From positions 384,001 to 448,000 of the forward strand of contig CAVXPZ010000003.1 of NCBI GenBank assembly GCA_963763775.1: a stretch of 64,000 nt of DNA, in the 5' to 3' direction. The notes beneath the pieces were generated by a model that made no database searches, had not been told where the DNA came from, and saw only the letters and a program-made list of their open reading frames with translations. Positions 36,491 to 45,545 of the stretch are shown here, in pieces. The position numbers and the translations under genes were made by a program. Positions within the stretch are counted from its first letter, which is position 1. Each line of letters opens with the position of its first letter. This DNA comes from an uncultured Chloroflexia bacterium. GTDB taxonomy: Bacteria; Chloroflexota; Limnocylindria; Limnocylindrales; CSP1-4.

Positions 36491-37877
36491 ATGGACGCGA
36501 AGCAGGTCTGGCGCGCGGCTCTCGGTGAGCTGCAGGTCTCGCTTTCCCCGGCGAACTACGAGACATGGCTGCGCGACACGCAGCTCGTCGACGTGGAGGA
36601 CAACCGGTTCCGGATCTCGGTCCCGAACGGCTTCGCCAAGGACTGGCTCGAGACCCGCTACCGATCGTTGATCAGCCAGACCCTCGCGCGGATCGTCGGC
36701 TATAGCGTCCAGGTCGAGTTCGTGATCGGGACGTCGTCGGCCGAGTCGGCGGCGCCGGACGGCGCCGAGCCCATCGGCCAGGCGGACGCCGTCGCCGGCT
36801 GCGGCGAAGCACGTCCGCGTGGAGCCCACCCGCGTCGGCGGCGAGGGCGGCACCACCAACATCAATCCGCGCTACACGTTCTCGAACTTCATCGTCGGCT
36901 CGGCGAACCGCCTGGCCCATGCGGCGAGCCTGTCCGTGGCGGAACGGCCGGGGCACGCCTACAACCCGCTGTTCCTCTACGGCGGGGTCGGACTCGGCAA
37001 GACCCACCTGATGCACGCCATCGGGAACCAGGTCATCGCCAAGTTCCCGCGCAAGCGCGTCGTCTACGCCACCAGCGAGAAGTTCACCAACGAGTTCATC
37101 ACCTCGATCCAGCAGGGCAAGATCGACGAGTTCCGCGCCCGATACCGCCGGATCGACCTGCTCCTCATCGACGACATCCAGTTCATCGCGGACAAGGAGC
37201 GGACGCAGGAAGAGTTCTTCCATACGTTCAATGCCATCCACGAGGACGGCAAGCAGATCGTCATGTCGTCCGACCGGCCGCCGAAGGCCATCCTCACCCT
37301 GGAGGAGCGCCTCCGCAGCCGGTTCGAGTGGGGCCTGATCGCCGACCTGACGGCGCCGGACCTGGAGACGCGCATCGCGATCCTGCGGGCCAAGGCGGAA
37401 GAGGGCTCGCTGCCGATCACGTCGGACGTCATCGAGTTCATCGCGCGCAAGGTCGTGAGCAACATCCGCGAGCTCGAGGGGGCGCTGAACCGGATCGTCG
37501 CCTACGCGAGCATGGGCGCCACGCCGATCAGCATCGAGCTCGCCCAGGCGGTCCTCTCGAACGTCCTCTACAACCCCAAGAAGCGGATGGTGACGCCCGA
37601 GCGCATCGCCAAGGCCGTGTCGGACTACTACAGCGTCCCGATGGACGTCCTCCAGGGGCAGAAGCGCGACAAGTCGATCGTCATGCCGCGCCAGATCGCG
37701 ATGTTCCTGATGCGCGAGGAGACCGACGTCTCGCTCCTGCGGATCGGCGCAGAGCTCGGCGGACGGGACCACTCCACGGTCCTGCACGCCTGCGACAAGA
37801 TCACCCGCGAGTCCGCGGTCAACGATGAGTTGCGGCGCGAGATCGCCGCCGTCCGCGAGCTCATCTACGCCGACTAG
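36491..37877 (+). CDS. dnaA: Chromosomal replication initiator DnaA; apparent +1 frameshift near 36760-36800 (domain II linker)
   Basis: Domain I (MDAKQVW..YETWL..VPNGF) in one frame; [22 protein letters not shown] and [11 protein letters not shown] in the next. Confidence 0.95.
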
Positions 37878-38349
37878 CACGCCCGCCGGACCCCTCCGGC
37901 GAACGCCATCCGCCACGCCAGACCCGTCTCGACGGCCATTTCGTGTGGATAACCGCGCCAAATCGGTGGAAAACCATGCCCGGGTGTGGACATCCACACC
38001 GACCCGTGTCGACCACCGGGCGCCTCTGACGGCAGGTCGTGGATGGTCCCGCGAGTCCTCCACCATCCATCCCTGGTCGCATCCCCGACCGACGGAGCCT
38101 CGTCCCCACACCGGGCGTCGCCATCCACAGTCCCGCCGAACGGCGCCGAGCACGGATGTCCACGCGCTCCACACCATGATGACGGTGATGACGGAGTGAG
38201 AAGATAGAGAGAAGATACCCACCACCCATGCGGACGGCCCGGAACGCCGAGCACCATCCAGGACGCGATCCCGCCGACCGCCTGCCCAGCCCCATCGGCG
38301 TCGCGGTCGCACCGTCCGCCGTCACGACGATGCTTGGAGTGAACCCGAC
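37878..38349. other. Probable oriC (DnaA box cluster)
   Basis: Perfect TGTGGATAA at 37944-37952 and degenerate boxes at 37965, 37985, 37990, 38102, 38121 and 38165, between dnaA and dnaN. Confidence 0.8.
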
Positions 38350-39468
38350 GTGAGACTCTCGGTGATGCAAGAGAACCTGGCGCGTGGCCTGTCCGTCGTC
38401 AGCCGCGCCGTCTCGAGCCGAAGCACCCTCCCGGTCCTGGCCAACGTCCTGCTCAAGACCGAGGACGCCGGACTCAAGCTGACCGCGACGAACCTCGAGA
38501 TCGGCATCACGTACTGGGTCCCCGGCAAGATCGAGACCGACGGGGCGACGACCGTGCCGGCCAAGCTCCTCACGGACCTCGTCAACTCCCTCCCGGCGGG
38601 CGACAAGATCGACCTGGAGCTCACCTCGGGCGAGTCGCTCCACCTTCGCAGCGGTCGCTTCGAGACGCACATCAAGGGCATCGACGCGGACGAGTTCCCG
38701 GCGATCCAGACCGCCGGCGACCGGCCGACGACGCGGGTCGCCCAGAACATCCTGCGACAGGCGCTGACCGAGACCGCGTTCGCGGCCGCCAGTGACGAGG
38801 CGCGACCGATCCTGACCGGTGTCCTGGCGAAGTTCGAGGGCGACCAGCTGACGCTGGCGGCCGCGGACAACTACCGGATCGCGGTGAAGACCATCCCGAT
38901 CCTCGACGCGGTCCCCGAGACGAGCGTCGTCATCCCGGCTCGCGCGCTCAACGAGCTCGCCCGGGTCCTCGCGGACGTCGACGACCCCGTGGACATCGTC
39001 CTGGCGGCCGGCCGCAACCAGGTCCTGTTCCACCTCGACGGCATCGACCTCGTGAGCCGGCTCATCGACGGCCAGTTCCCGAACTACCAGCAGGTGGTTC
39101 CCAAGGAGCACACGACCCGCGCGGTCCTCGATCGCGAGGAGCTCCTCAAGGCCGTCCGCCCGGCGGCGCTCATCGCCCACGAGTCGGCAAACATCGTCAA
39201 GCTCCAGATCGGTGCCGAGGGCGAGCCCGGCATCACGGTCAGCGCCAACGCCGAGGTCGGCGACCACGTCGGCCAGGTCGAGGCGACCGTGGAGGGCGAC
39301 GGCACGACGATCGCGTTCAACGCCCGCTACCTCGCGGACGTCCTCACGAACGTGGATGCCGAGCAGTTCGCGCTCGAGCTCAACGGGCCGCTCTCGCCGG
39401 GCGTCTTCAAGCCGATCGGCGACGACCGCTACGTCCACGTCGTCATGCCCGTCCGCACGACCTCCTAA
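38350..39468 (+). CDS. dnaN: DNA polymerase III beta sliding clamp
   Basis: LPVLANVLL, ATNLEIGI, RPILTGV, SRLIDGQFPNY, VVMPVR. Confidence 0.97.
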   Translation: MRLSVMQENLARGLSVVSRAVSSRSTLPVLANVLLKTEDAGLKLTATNLEIGITYWVPGKIETDGATTVPAKLLTDLVNSLPAGDKIDLELTSGESLHLRSGRFETHIKGIDADEFPAIQTAGDRPTTRVAQNILRQALTETAFAAASDEARPILTGVLAKFEGDQLTLAAADNYRIAVKTIPILDAVPETSVVIPARALNELARVLADVDDPVDIVLAAGRNQVLFHLDGIDLVSRLIDGQFPNYQQVVPKEHTTRAVLDREELLKAVRPAALIAHESANIVKLQIGAEGEPGITVSANAEVGDHVGQVEATVEGDGTTIAFNARYLADVLTNVDAEQFALELNGPLSPGVFKPIGDDRYVHVVMPVRTTS

Positions 39469-39513
39469 AGCGACGACCGGAGGCCGGACCGGCCTCGACC
39501 GGACCGGGACACC

Positions 39514-40674
39514 CTGCTCGATTCCATCCGCCTGCTCGACCTCCGGGGGTACCCCGCCCTCGAGGTGACCTTCGGCCCGGGCCCGCACCTGGTCTGGGGC
39601 CCGAACGCGGCGGGCAAGACCAGCCTGCTCGAGGCGATCGTCCTGCTGGCGTGGGGCCGGTCGCACCGGACGTCGTCGGACGGCGAGCTCATCCGCTGGG
39701 GGACCGACCTCGCCCGCGTCGAGGGCCACGTCGGGATCGATGTCGTCGAGGTGGCCGTGGCGCGGTCGGGCGCCGGAGGCACCAGCGGGCGCAAGCGGAT
39801 CCGCGTGAACGGCGTCGGCCGGCGAGCCGGCGGCCTCGAGGGCCCGCTTCGCGTCGTCGTCTTCGCGCCGGAGGAGATGCTCCTCGTGATCGGTTCGCCA
39901 GGTCTGCGCCGAGCCAGCCTCGACCAGCTCGTGGCGGCCACGACCCCGGGCTACGGCAGCACGCTCGCGACGTACGGGCGCGCGCTCCAGCAGCGCAACG
40001 GGCTGCTCCGCGCGATCCGGGAGGAGGGAGCCGGCCGAGACGAGCTGCGCTTCTGGGACGCCGCGTTCCTGGACGCCGGGGGGCGGATCGTCGCCGACCG
40101 GCTCGCGCTCATCGGCCGGCTCGCGGCGCCTTTGGCGCGGGCCCACGCGGAGATCGCCCCCGACGAGGCCGCCGCCGCAGCCCTGACCGTCCGCTACGCG
40201 ACGAACGCCCCGGCGAACCCTGGAGAGACCCCCCGGGACGCGCTCGCCCGGCGTCTCGTCGAGACGGCCGACAAGGAGGTCTGGAACGGGGCGACCCTCG
40301 TCGGCCCGCATCGCGACGACCTCGTCTTCGAACTCGCGGGCCGGGACCTCGCGAGTTTCGCGTCTCGCGGCCAGCAGCGGACCGCGATCCTGTCCTTCAA
40401 GCTCGCCGAGCTCGACCTGCTCACGGAGCAGGACGGCCGTCCGCCACTCCTGCTGCTCGACGACGTGTTCTCGGAGCTCGACCCGGACCGACGTGCGCAC
40501 CTCGTGCGGCGGATCGCCGAGCTGCCGCAGGCGTTCGTCACGACGACGACCCTCGACGACCTCGACCCGGCCCTGCGGGCGATCGGGACCTCGTGGGAGG
40601 TCCGGGCCGACGCCGACGGCGCTCGGCTGATGCCCCCTGCGGGTACGCCCAGCGAGGCGGTCCCGGGGTCGTGA
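39514..40674 (+). CDS. recF: DNA replication/repair protein RecF
   Basis: GPNAAGKTSLLEA, GPHRDD, SRGQQR, LLLDDVFSELD; the N-terminal strand LLDSIRLLDLRGY implies a start at CTG 39514. Confidence 0.93.
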   Translation: MLDSIRLLDLRGYPALEVTFGPGPHLVWGPNAAGKTSLLEAIVLLAWGRSHRTSSDGELIRWGTDLARVEGHVGIDVVEVAVARSGAGGTSGRKRIRVNGVGRRAGGLEGPLRVVVFAPEEMLLVIGSPGLRRASLDQLVAATTPGYGSTLATYGRALQQRNGLLRAIREEGAGRDELRFWDAAFLDAGGRIVADRLALIGRLAAPLARAHAEIAPDEAAAAALTVRYATNAPANPGETPRDALARRLVETADKEVWNGATLVGPHRDDLVFELAGRDLASFASRGQQRTAILSFKLAELDLLTEQDGRPPLLLLDDVFSELDPDRRAHLVRRIAELPQAFVTTTTLDDLDPALRAIGTSWEVRADADGARLMPPAGTPSEAVPGS

Positions 40675-41000
40675 GCCCGAGGAAGCGGCCGATGGTCCGC
40701 CTCGGCGACCTCATCCCCGACGCGGCCCGTGCGCTCGGCCTCGAAGAGGAGCTGCGCCTGTCGAAGGCCATGGCGACCTTCGAGTCCATCGTCGCCGAGC
40801 GGGTCCCGGCCGCCGCCGGCGCGTGCCGCGTGATCCGGATCGAGGGTTTCGCGGTGGACGTGGAGGCTGACGCCCCGATCGTCGGCCAGGAGCTGCGGCT
40901 GCGGTCGTCCGAGCTCCTGGCGGCCTTCGCCGCCTCACCCGGCGGTCTCGGGGTGCGGGAATTGCGCGTGCACGTCCGCCGAGGGGGTGCCCGCGTATAA
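40671..41000 (+). CDS. dciA: DciA/DUF721 family protein
   Basis: Small ORF overlapping the recF stop (GTGA); LGDLIP..LGL..QELRL pattern and typical synteny. Confidence 0.7.
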   Translation: MSPRKRPMVRLGDLIPDAARALGLEEELRLSKAMATFESIVAERVPAAAGACRVIRIEGFAVDVEADAPIVGQELRLRSSELLAAFAASPGGLGVRELRVHVRRGGARV

Positions 41001-41119
41001 TCCGCGGAACCTGCCTGCCACTCGGGGCGAACGTCCCCGACCGAACCGGGATCGTCCGCCGCACGAAGCCCCCAGCCCGACCGGAGGGATGGGGGACCCG
41101 CCGACCACGAGAGGCCCGC

Positions 41120-43396
41120 ATGGCCGTCAGACTCCAGATGAAACTCGGCGTCGTCGCCGAACACGACCGCCTCCCCGACTCGCCGGACACGCTCGTCGTG
41201 GTCGAGCCGAGCGTCGGCTCGGTCGCCCGTTCCAAGGGCCTGCTCTACCTGCTCGTCACCTCGCGGATCAGCTCGCGCCACGCGCTGGAAGCGACCCGCC
41301 TCGCCGCGGAGACGATCCGCAACGAGTACTACTACGACGAGTCGGCGGGCATCCGCGTCTGCCTCCAGAAGGCCATCGCGACCGCCAACAAGCGGCTCGC
41401 CCACCAGGCGGACCGCCTCGGCCTCAAGTCGACCGACGAGAACGGGCCGATCGGCGTGGCCGTTGCCGTCGTCCGCGGCAACGAGATGTACGTGGCGACG
41501 GTCGGGCCGGCCGAGGCCTACCTGATCCGCCAGGCGCGCCTGTCGACGCTTCCCGATCCGGACCGCGACCGCGGACTGCCGTCCGGCGAGCTCGAGCCCG
41601 AGGTCTGGCGCGGCGAGGTGTCCGTCGGCGACTCGCTGGTGCTCATCTCCCCGAACGTGATGGTCAAGCTCGGCCCGGACGAGCTCAAGGACGCGATGCT
41701 CACGCTCCATCCGCAGTCGGCGATGGAGCACCTCCACCATCGATTCGTCGCCGATGGCGGCGCCGGCAGCGACGGGGCCATCGCGTTCGAGGCCGGCGAG
41801 GTCTCCGCGACCGCCCGCGGTCGGGCGCCCGTGCCCGTCAAACCGCCCGAGCCGCTGGCCGGGGCACCCGACCGGTCGCCGATCCCGCTCGCGGACAACG
41901 TCCAGGCGGCCGGCGTGGCCGTGAGCGCCGCGGCTGGCAGCGCCAAGGTCAAGGCCGGCGGGGCCGCGGGCCGGGTCGTCGGGCGCCTCCAGGAGCTGCT
42001 GCCGCGACGGAAGCCCGCGTACCGACGGGTGACCCCGCTCTCGTCGCGGCGCGAGACCCAGCGGCGTGCCGCGCTCGCGATCCTGGCCCTGGTCCTCGTG
42101 GTCGGCGGGCTGGGACTCGCGGTCTACGCGTTCGGGGGGCAGAGCAAGCAGGGCGCCATCAGCTCGGTCACGGCCGGGCAGCAGGCGCTGGACACGGCCA
42201 AGGCGGACCTCGCGGCGGTCAAGGGTCCCGGCGTCGACCTCGTCGTCGACGACAAGAAGAAGGCCAAGGAGCTCCTGACCGACGCCTACCAGCAGATCCA
42301 GGCCGCGAAAGCGGCGAAGGTCAGCGCCGCGGTCACCGGCCCGCTGGAGAAGCAGGCGATCGACGGCCTGGACCGCCTCAGCGGCGTCGTCCCGGTCGCG
42401 AGCACGACGCTCTTCACGTTCGCGCCGGCCGACGGCGGGGGCCCCATCGACCTGTCGGGGATGGTCAAGGGCCCGGACGGCGCTCCGTACGTCATCGACG
42501 ACTCGACCAAGACGGTGTACCGGATCGACCCCAAGTCCCGGAAGGCGACCGTCGTCGCGCGCACCGGGCAGAAGACGGCGGGCACGACGTTCGCCACGCC
42601 GCGGTTCCTCGCCGTGGGCGGCCTGGACCTGTTGATCCTGGACTCGAAGAACGTCCTGTGGCGCTGGCGTCCGTCGAACGCGACGGGCAAGGGCACGCTC
42701 ACGAAGGTCAAGGTGATCGGCTCGGCGTCGTGGGGCGACGACGTGTCCGGGATCGGCACGTACCTCAAGGACGAGACTCGCGGCCTGTACAACCTGTACG
42801 TGATCGATCCGTCCGAGCAGCAGATCCGGGCCTACTCGCCGGCGTTCGACGGCAGCGGCTTCCCGCAGGCCTCGACCGGCTGGCTCGCGACCGCGCGGCC
42901 CGTCGACGGGATGACCTCGCTCTATATCGATGGCGACCTGTTCGTGACCGAGAACGGGACGCTCGAGCGGTTCGCTTCGGGCAAGAACGACGGATGGAAG
43001 GCCGACGCGCCGGACGACGCGCTCCTGCGCCCGAACCCGACCTTCTCGCTCGTGGCCGGCGGCACGGACCGGCGAACTGGCGTGGTCTACATCTACGACA
43101 AGGAGAACGCGCGGATCGTCGCCATCGACAAGGCCAACGGCGACTTCAAGGGCCAGTACCGGCTGGCCGGCGACCAGCCCGGCTGGGACGACCTGCGCGG
43201 GATGGCCGTCGTCCCGGGCATCGACACGGCGGCCGACACCCTGTTGTGGATCTCGAAGGACGGCGTCCACCAGGCCGTGCTCGAGGCCGTCGCCGACGGG
43301 TCGTCGCCGAGCGCGTCGCCGGTCCCGTCCGCCTCGGCATCGCCGTCAGCGTCCACGAAACCCACCAAGTCCCCGAAGCCGACGAAGAAGCCGTAG
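41120..43396 (+). CDS. Membrane protein: degenerate PP2C-like domain, single TM, extracytoplasmic beta-propeller-like domain
   Basis: AN..L, VAVAVVRGNEMYVATVGPAEAYLIRQ (PP2C-like); TM AALAILALVLVVGGLGL; repeated YVID/LILD/IYIYD strands; TATAAT at 40996. Confidence 0.7.
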   Translation: MAVRLQMKLGVVAEHDRLPDSPDTLVVVEPSVGSVARSKGLLYLLVTSRISSRHALEATRLAAETIRNEYYYDESAGIRVCLQKAIATANKRLAHQADRLGLKSTDENGPIGVAVAVVRGNEMYVATVGPAEAYLIRQARLSTLPDPDRDRGLPSGELEPEVWRGEVSVGDSLVLISPNVMVKLGPDELKDAMLTLHPQSAMEHLHHRFVADGGAGSDGAIAFEAGEVSATARGRAPVPVKPPEPLAGAPDRSPIPLADNVQAAGVAVSAAAGSAKVKAGGAAGRVVGRLQELLPRRKPAYRRVTPLSSRRETQRRAALAILALVLVVGGLGLAVYAFGGQSKQGAISSVTAGQQALDTAKADLAAVKGPGVDLVVDDKKKAKELLTDAYQQIQAAKAAKVSAAVTGPLEKQAIDGLDRLSGVVPVASTTLFTFAPADGGGPIDLSGMVKGPDGAPYVIDDSTKTVYRIDPKSRKATVVARTGQKTAGTTFATPRFLAVGGLDLLILDSKNVLWRWRPSNATGKGTLTKVKVIGSASWGDDVSGIGTYLKDETRGLYNLYVIDPSEQQIRAYSPAFDGSGFPQASTGWLATARPVDGMTSLYIDGDLFVTENGTLERFASGKNDGWKADAPDDALLRPNPTFSLVAGGTDRRTGVVYIYDKENARIVAIDKANGDFKGQYRLAGDQPGWDDLRGMAVVPGIDTAADTLLWISKDGVHQAVLEAVADGSSPSASPVPSASASPSASTKPTKSPKPTKKP

Positions 43397-43409
43397 CGGC
43401 CACGACGCG

Positions 43410-44135
43410 GTGATCCCGCTGCGCGACGCCAACCCGACGCGCCGCACCCCGGTCGTCACGATCGGGATCCTGGTGGCGTGCAGCGTGGCGTGGGCCTGGG
43501 AGCTTGGGCTCCTGGCGAGCGGTGGCGATGACTCGCTGAACGCGTTCGTCACGACGTGGGGCGTCGTCCCGGCGGAGCTGCTCAAGGCCTGGGGCGCCGG
43601 CCAGGTCGTCTCGCAGGAGACCGCGACGCTCATCACGAGCCAGTTCCTGCACGGCGGCTGGCTGCATCTCCTGGGCAACATGCTCTACCTGTGGATCTTC
43701 GCCAACAACGTCGAGGACCGCATGGGCCGCCCGGGGTTCCTCCTGTTCTACCTGGCGGGCGGCGTCGCGGCCGCGCTCGCCCAGGTCGCGGTGGACCCGT
43801 CCTCGACGATCCCCACCATCGGGGCATCCGGCGCGATCGCGGCCACGCTCGGCGCCTATGCGGTCTTCTACCCGCGGGCGCGCATCACGTCGCTGGTCTT
43901 CCTCGGCTTCTTCTACCAGCTCATCGACGTCCCGGCGATCCTGGTGCTCGGCTTCTGGTTCGTGCTCCAGGTCATCGACGGGCTCACCTCACTCGGGATG
44001 GTCGAGAGCAACTCGGGCGGCGTGGCGATCTTCGCCCACATCGGCGGCTTCCTCGCGGGCGCGCTGGTCGCCCGCCTGCTCGTCGCCCGGGGGCTCGGGA
44101 CTGGACGGCCGCCCGCCCCGGCCAGCGTGGGATAA
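43410..44135 (+). CDS. Rhomboid intramembrane serine protease
   Basis: FLHGGWLHLLGNM, GASG, AHIGGF. Confidence 0.94.
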   Translation: MIPLRDANPTRRTPVVTIGILVACSVAWAWELGLLASGGDDSLNAFVTTWGVVPAELLKAWGAGQVVSQETATLITSQFLHGGWLHLLGNMLYLWIFANNVEDRMGRPGFLLFYLAGGVAAALAQVAVDPSSTIPTIGASGAIAATLGAYAVFYPRARITSLVFLGFFYQLIDVPAILVLGFWFVLQVIDGLTSLGMVESNSGGVAIFAHIGGFLAGALVARLLVARGLGTGRPPAPASVG

Positions 44136-44142
44136 TCCGGCC

Positions 44143-44709
44143 ATGGCGGGCGACGAGCTGGTCGAGATGGTCGTCGAGAGCGTGCGGGTCCACATGCTGT
44201 CGAGCCGGCACGTGGTGATCCTCAAGGAGACCGACCGGGACCGCTACCTCCCGATCTGGATCGGACCGTGGGAGGCCAGCGCGATCGCCATGAAGCTGCA
44301 GGGCCTGACGCCCGAGCGGCCCCTCACCCACGACCTGTTCGCGACCACGCTCCAGGAGCTCGGCGTCCGCGTGGAGCGCGTCGTCATCAGCGACCTGGCC
44401 GACGAGACCTTCCACGCCCGTCTCGTCCTCGAAGGATCGGGCAAGACCGTCGAGATCGACGCGCGGCCGTCCGACGCGCTCGCGCTCGCGGTGCGGACCG
44501 GCGTGCGGATCTTCGCGGCGGACTCGGTGCTCGACCAGGCGGGCCTCGGCGCCGACGGCGGCCTCGACGATGACGACGAGGGGACCGAAGGGGATGCGCT
44601 GCTCGAGTCGACCGGTGAGCGCATCGTGGACCCGCGCCTGGACGTCTTCCGCGACTTCGTGAACTCGCTCGAGGTCGACCCCGACGCCGAGGGGCGCCGC
44701 GGCAGCTGA
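44143..44709 (+). CDS. Bifunctional nuclease family protein (DUF151)
   Basis: LPIWIGPWEA, RPLTHDL, DARPSDALALA. Confidence 0.93.
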   Translation: MAGDELVEMVVESVRVHMLSSRHVVILKETDRDRYLPIWIGPWEASAIAMKLQGLTPERPLTHDLFATTLQELGVRVERVVISDLADETFHARLVLEGSGKTVEIDARPSDALALAVRTGVRIFAADSVLDQAGLGADGGLDDDDEGTEGDALLESTGERIVDPRLDVFRDFVNSLEVDPDAEGRRGS

Positions 44710-44738
44710 CTCGGCACGGCCGCTGACCCGGCGCGGTG

Positions 44739-45545
44739 TCAGCCGAGGATGGAGGCTCCGCGGCGGAGCGCGCGAGCTCGGTTCACCCACATGTGGAGCC
44801 GGAGCCGCCAGAAGTCGCGGACGGCCCGCAGGATCACCTGCGGCTTCGCCCCGGTCGGCGAGCCGGCCGTCCTCGGATAGTGCGGGACGCCCACTTCGGC
44901 GATCGTCCGGCCGGCGGCCTGGGACTTGATGAGGAGCTCGGCCGAGAAGAACGCGCCGTCGCTCTCGACGTGCAGACCCTCGAGGGCCGAGCGCCGGAAC
45001 AGCTTGCAGGCGCCGTCGACGTCGGTCACGCGCAGGCCGAAGAAGACGCGGTTCGCGAGTCGGTAGGCCCGTGCGTAGGCGATGCGGATGGGCGGGTCGG
45101 CCCGCTTGATCCGGAAGCCCGCGACGATGTCGGGCGCGTCCGGCGCCGCGAGCCGCGCCGTCAGGCGGCCGATGTCCACGACCTTGAACTGGCGGTCGCC
45201 GTCGGTGAATGCGACGAGCTCGAACCGCGCCGCCGCGAACCCGGACCGCAGCGCGGCCCCGTAGCCGCGGTTGACCGGGTGGTGGACGACGCGCACGACG
45301 TCCGGGTGGCGGGCGGCGAGGGCGTCAGCCAGGGCCGGCGTCCCGTCCTTCGACCCGTCGTCGACCGCGATGATCTCGAACGTCTCGGCCAGCGACGGCA
45401 GCGTGGCCAGCGCCTCCTCCACGAGCCCTTCGAGGTTCGCCTCCTCGTTGTGGGCCGGGAAGAAGTACGACAGGCGCGGCACGCGCGGCGTCGAACCGGC
45501 ACCGGCCGGGGTCTCCTCGGTCGCGGGCGTCGCCACGGTCGTCAT
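44739..45545 (-). CDS. GT2 glycosyltransferase, DPM1/Ppm1-like (polyprenol-phosphate sugar synthase candidate)
   Basis: PAHNEEANL, VDDGSKDGT, NRGYGAAL, FTDGD. Confidence 0.88.
   Translation of the reverse strand: MTTVATPATEETPAGAGSTPRVPRLSYFFPAHNEEANLEGLVEEALATLPSLAETFEIIAVDDGSKDGTPALADALAARHPDVVRVVHHPVNRGYGAALRSGFAAARFELVAFTDGDRQFKVVDIGRLTARLAAPDAPDIVAGFRIKRADPPIRIAYARAYRLANRVFFGLRVTDVDGACKLFRRSALEGLHVESDGAFFSAELLIKSQAAGRTIAEVGVPHYPRTAGSPTGAKPQVILRAVRDFWRLRLHMWVNRARALRRGASILG

Noticed and set aside
36491-37877. Split dnaA as a pseudogene or programmed frameshift
   Set aside because: Essential gene, no slippery motif seen, and the same +1 pattern recurs in four other genes; most likely an assembly indel
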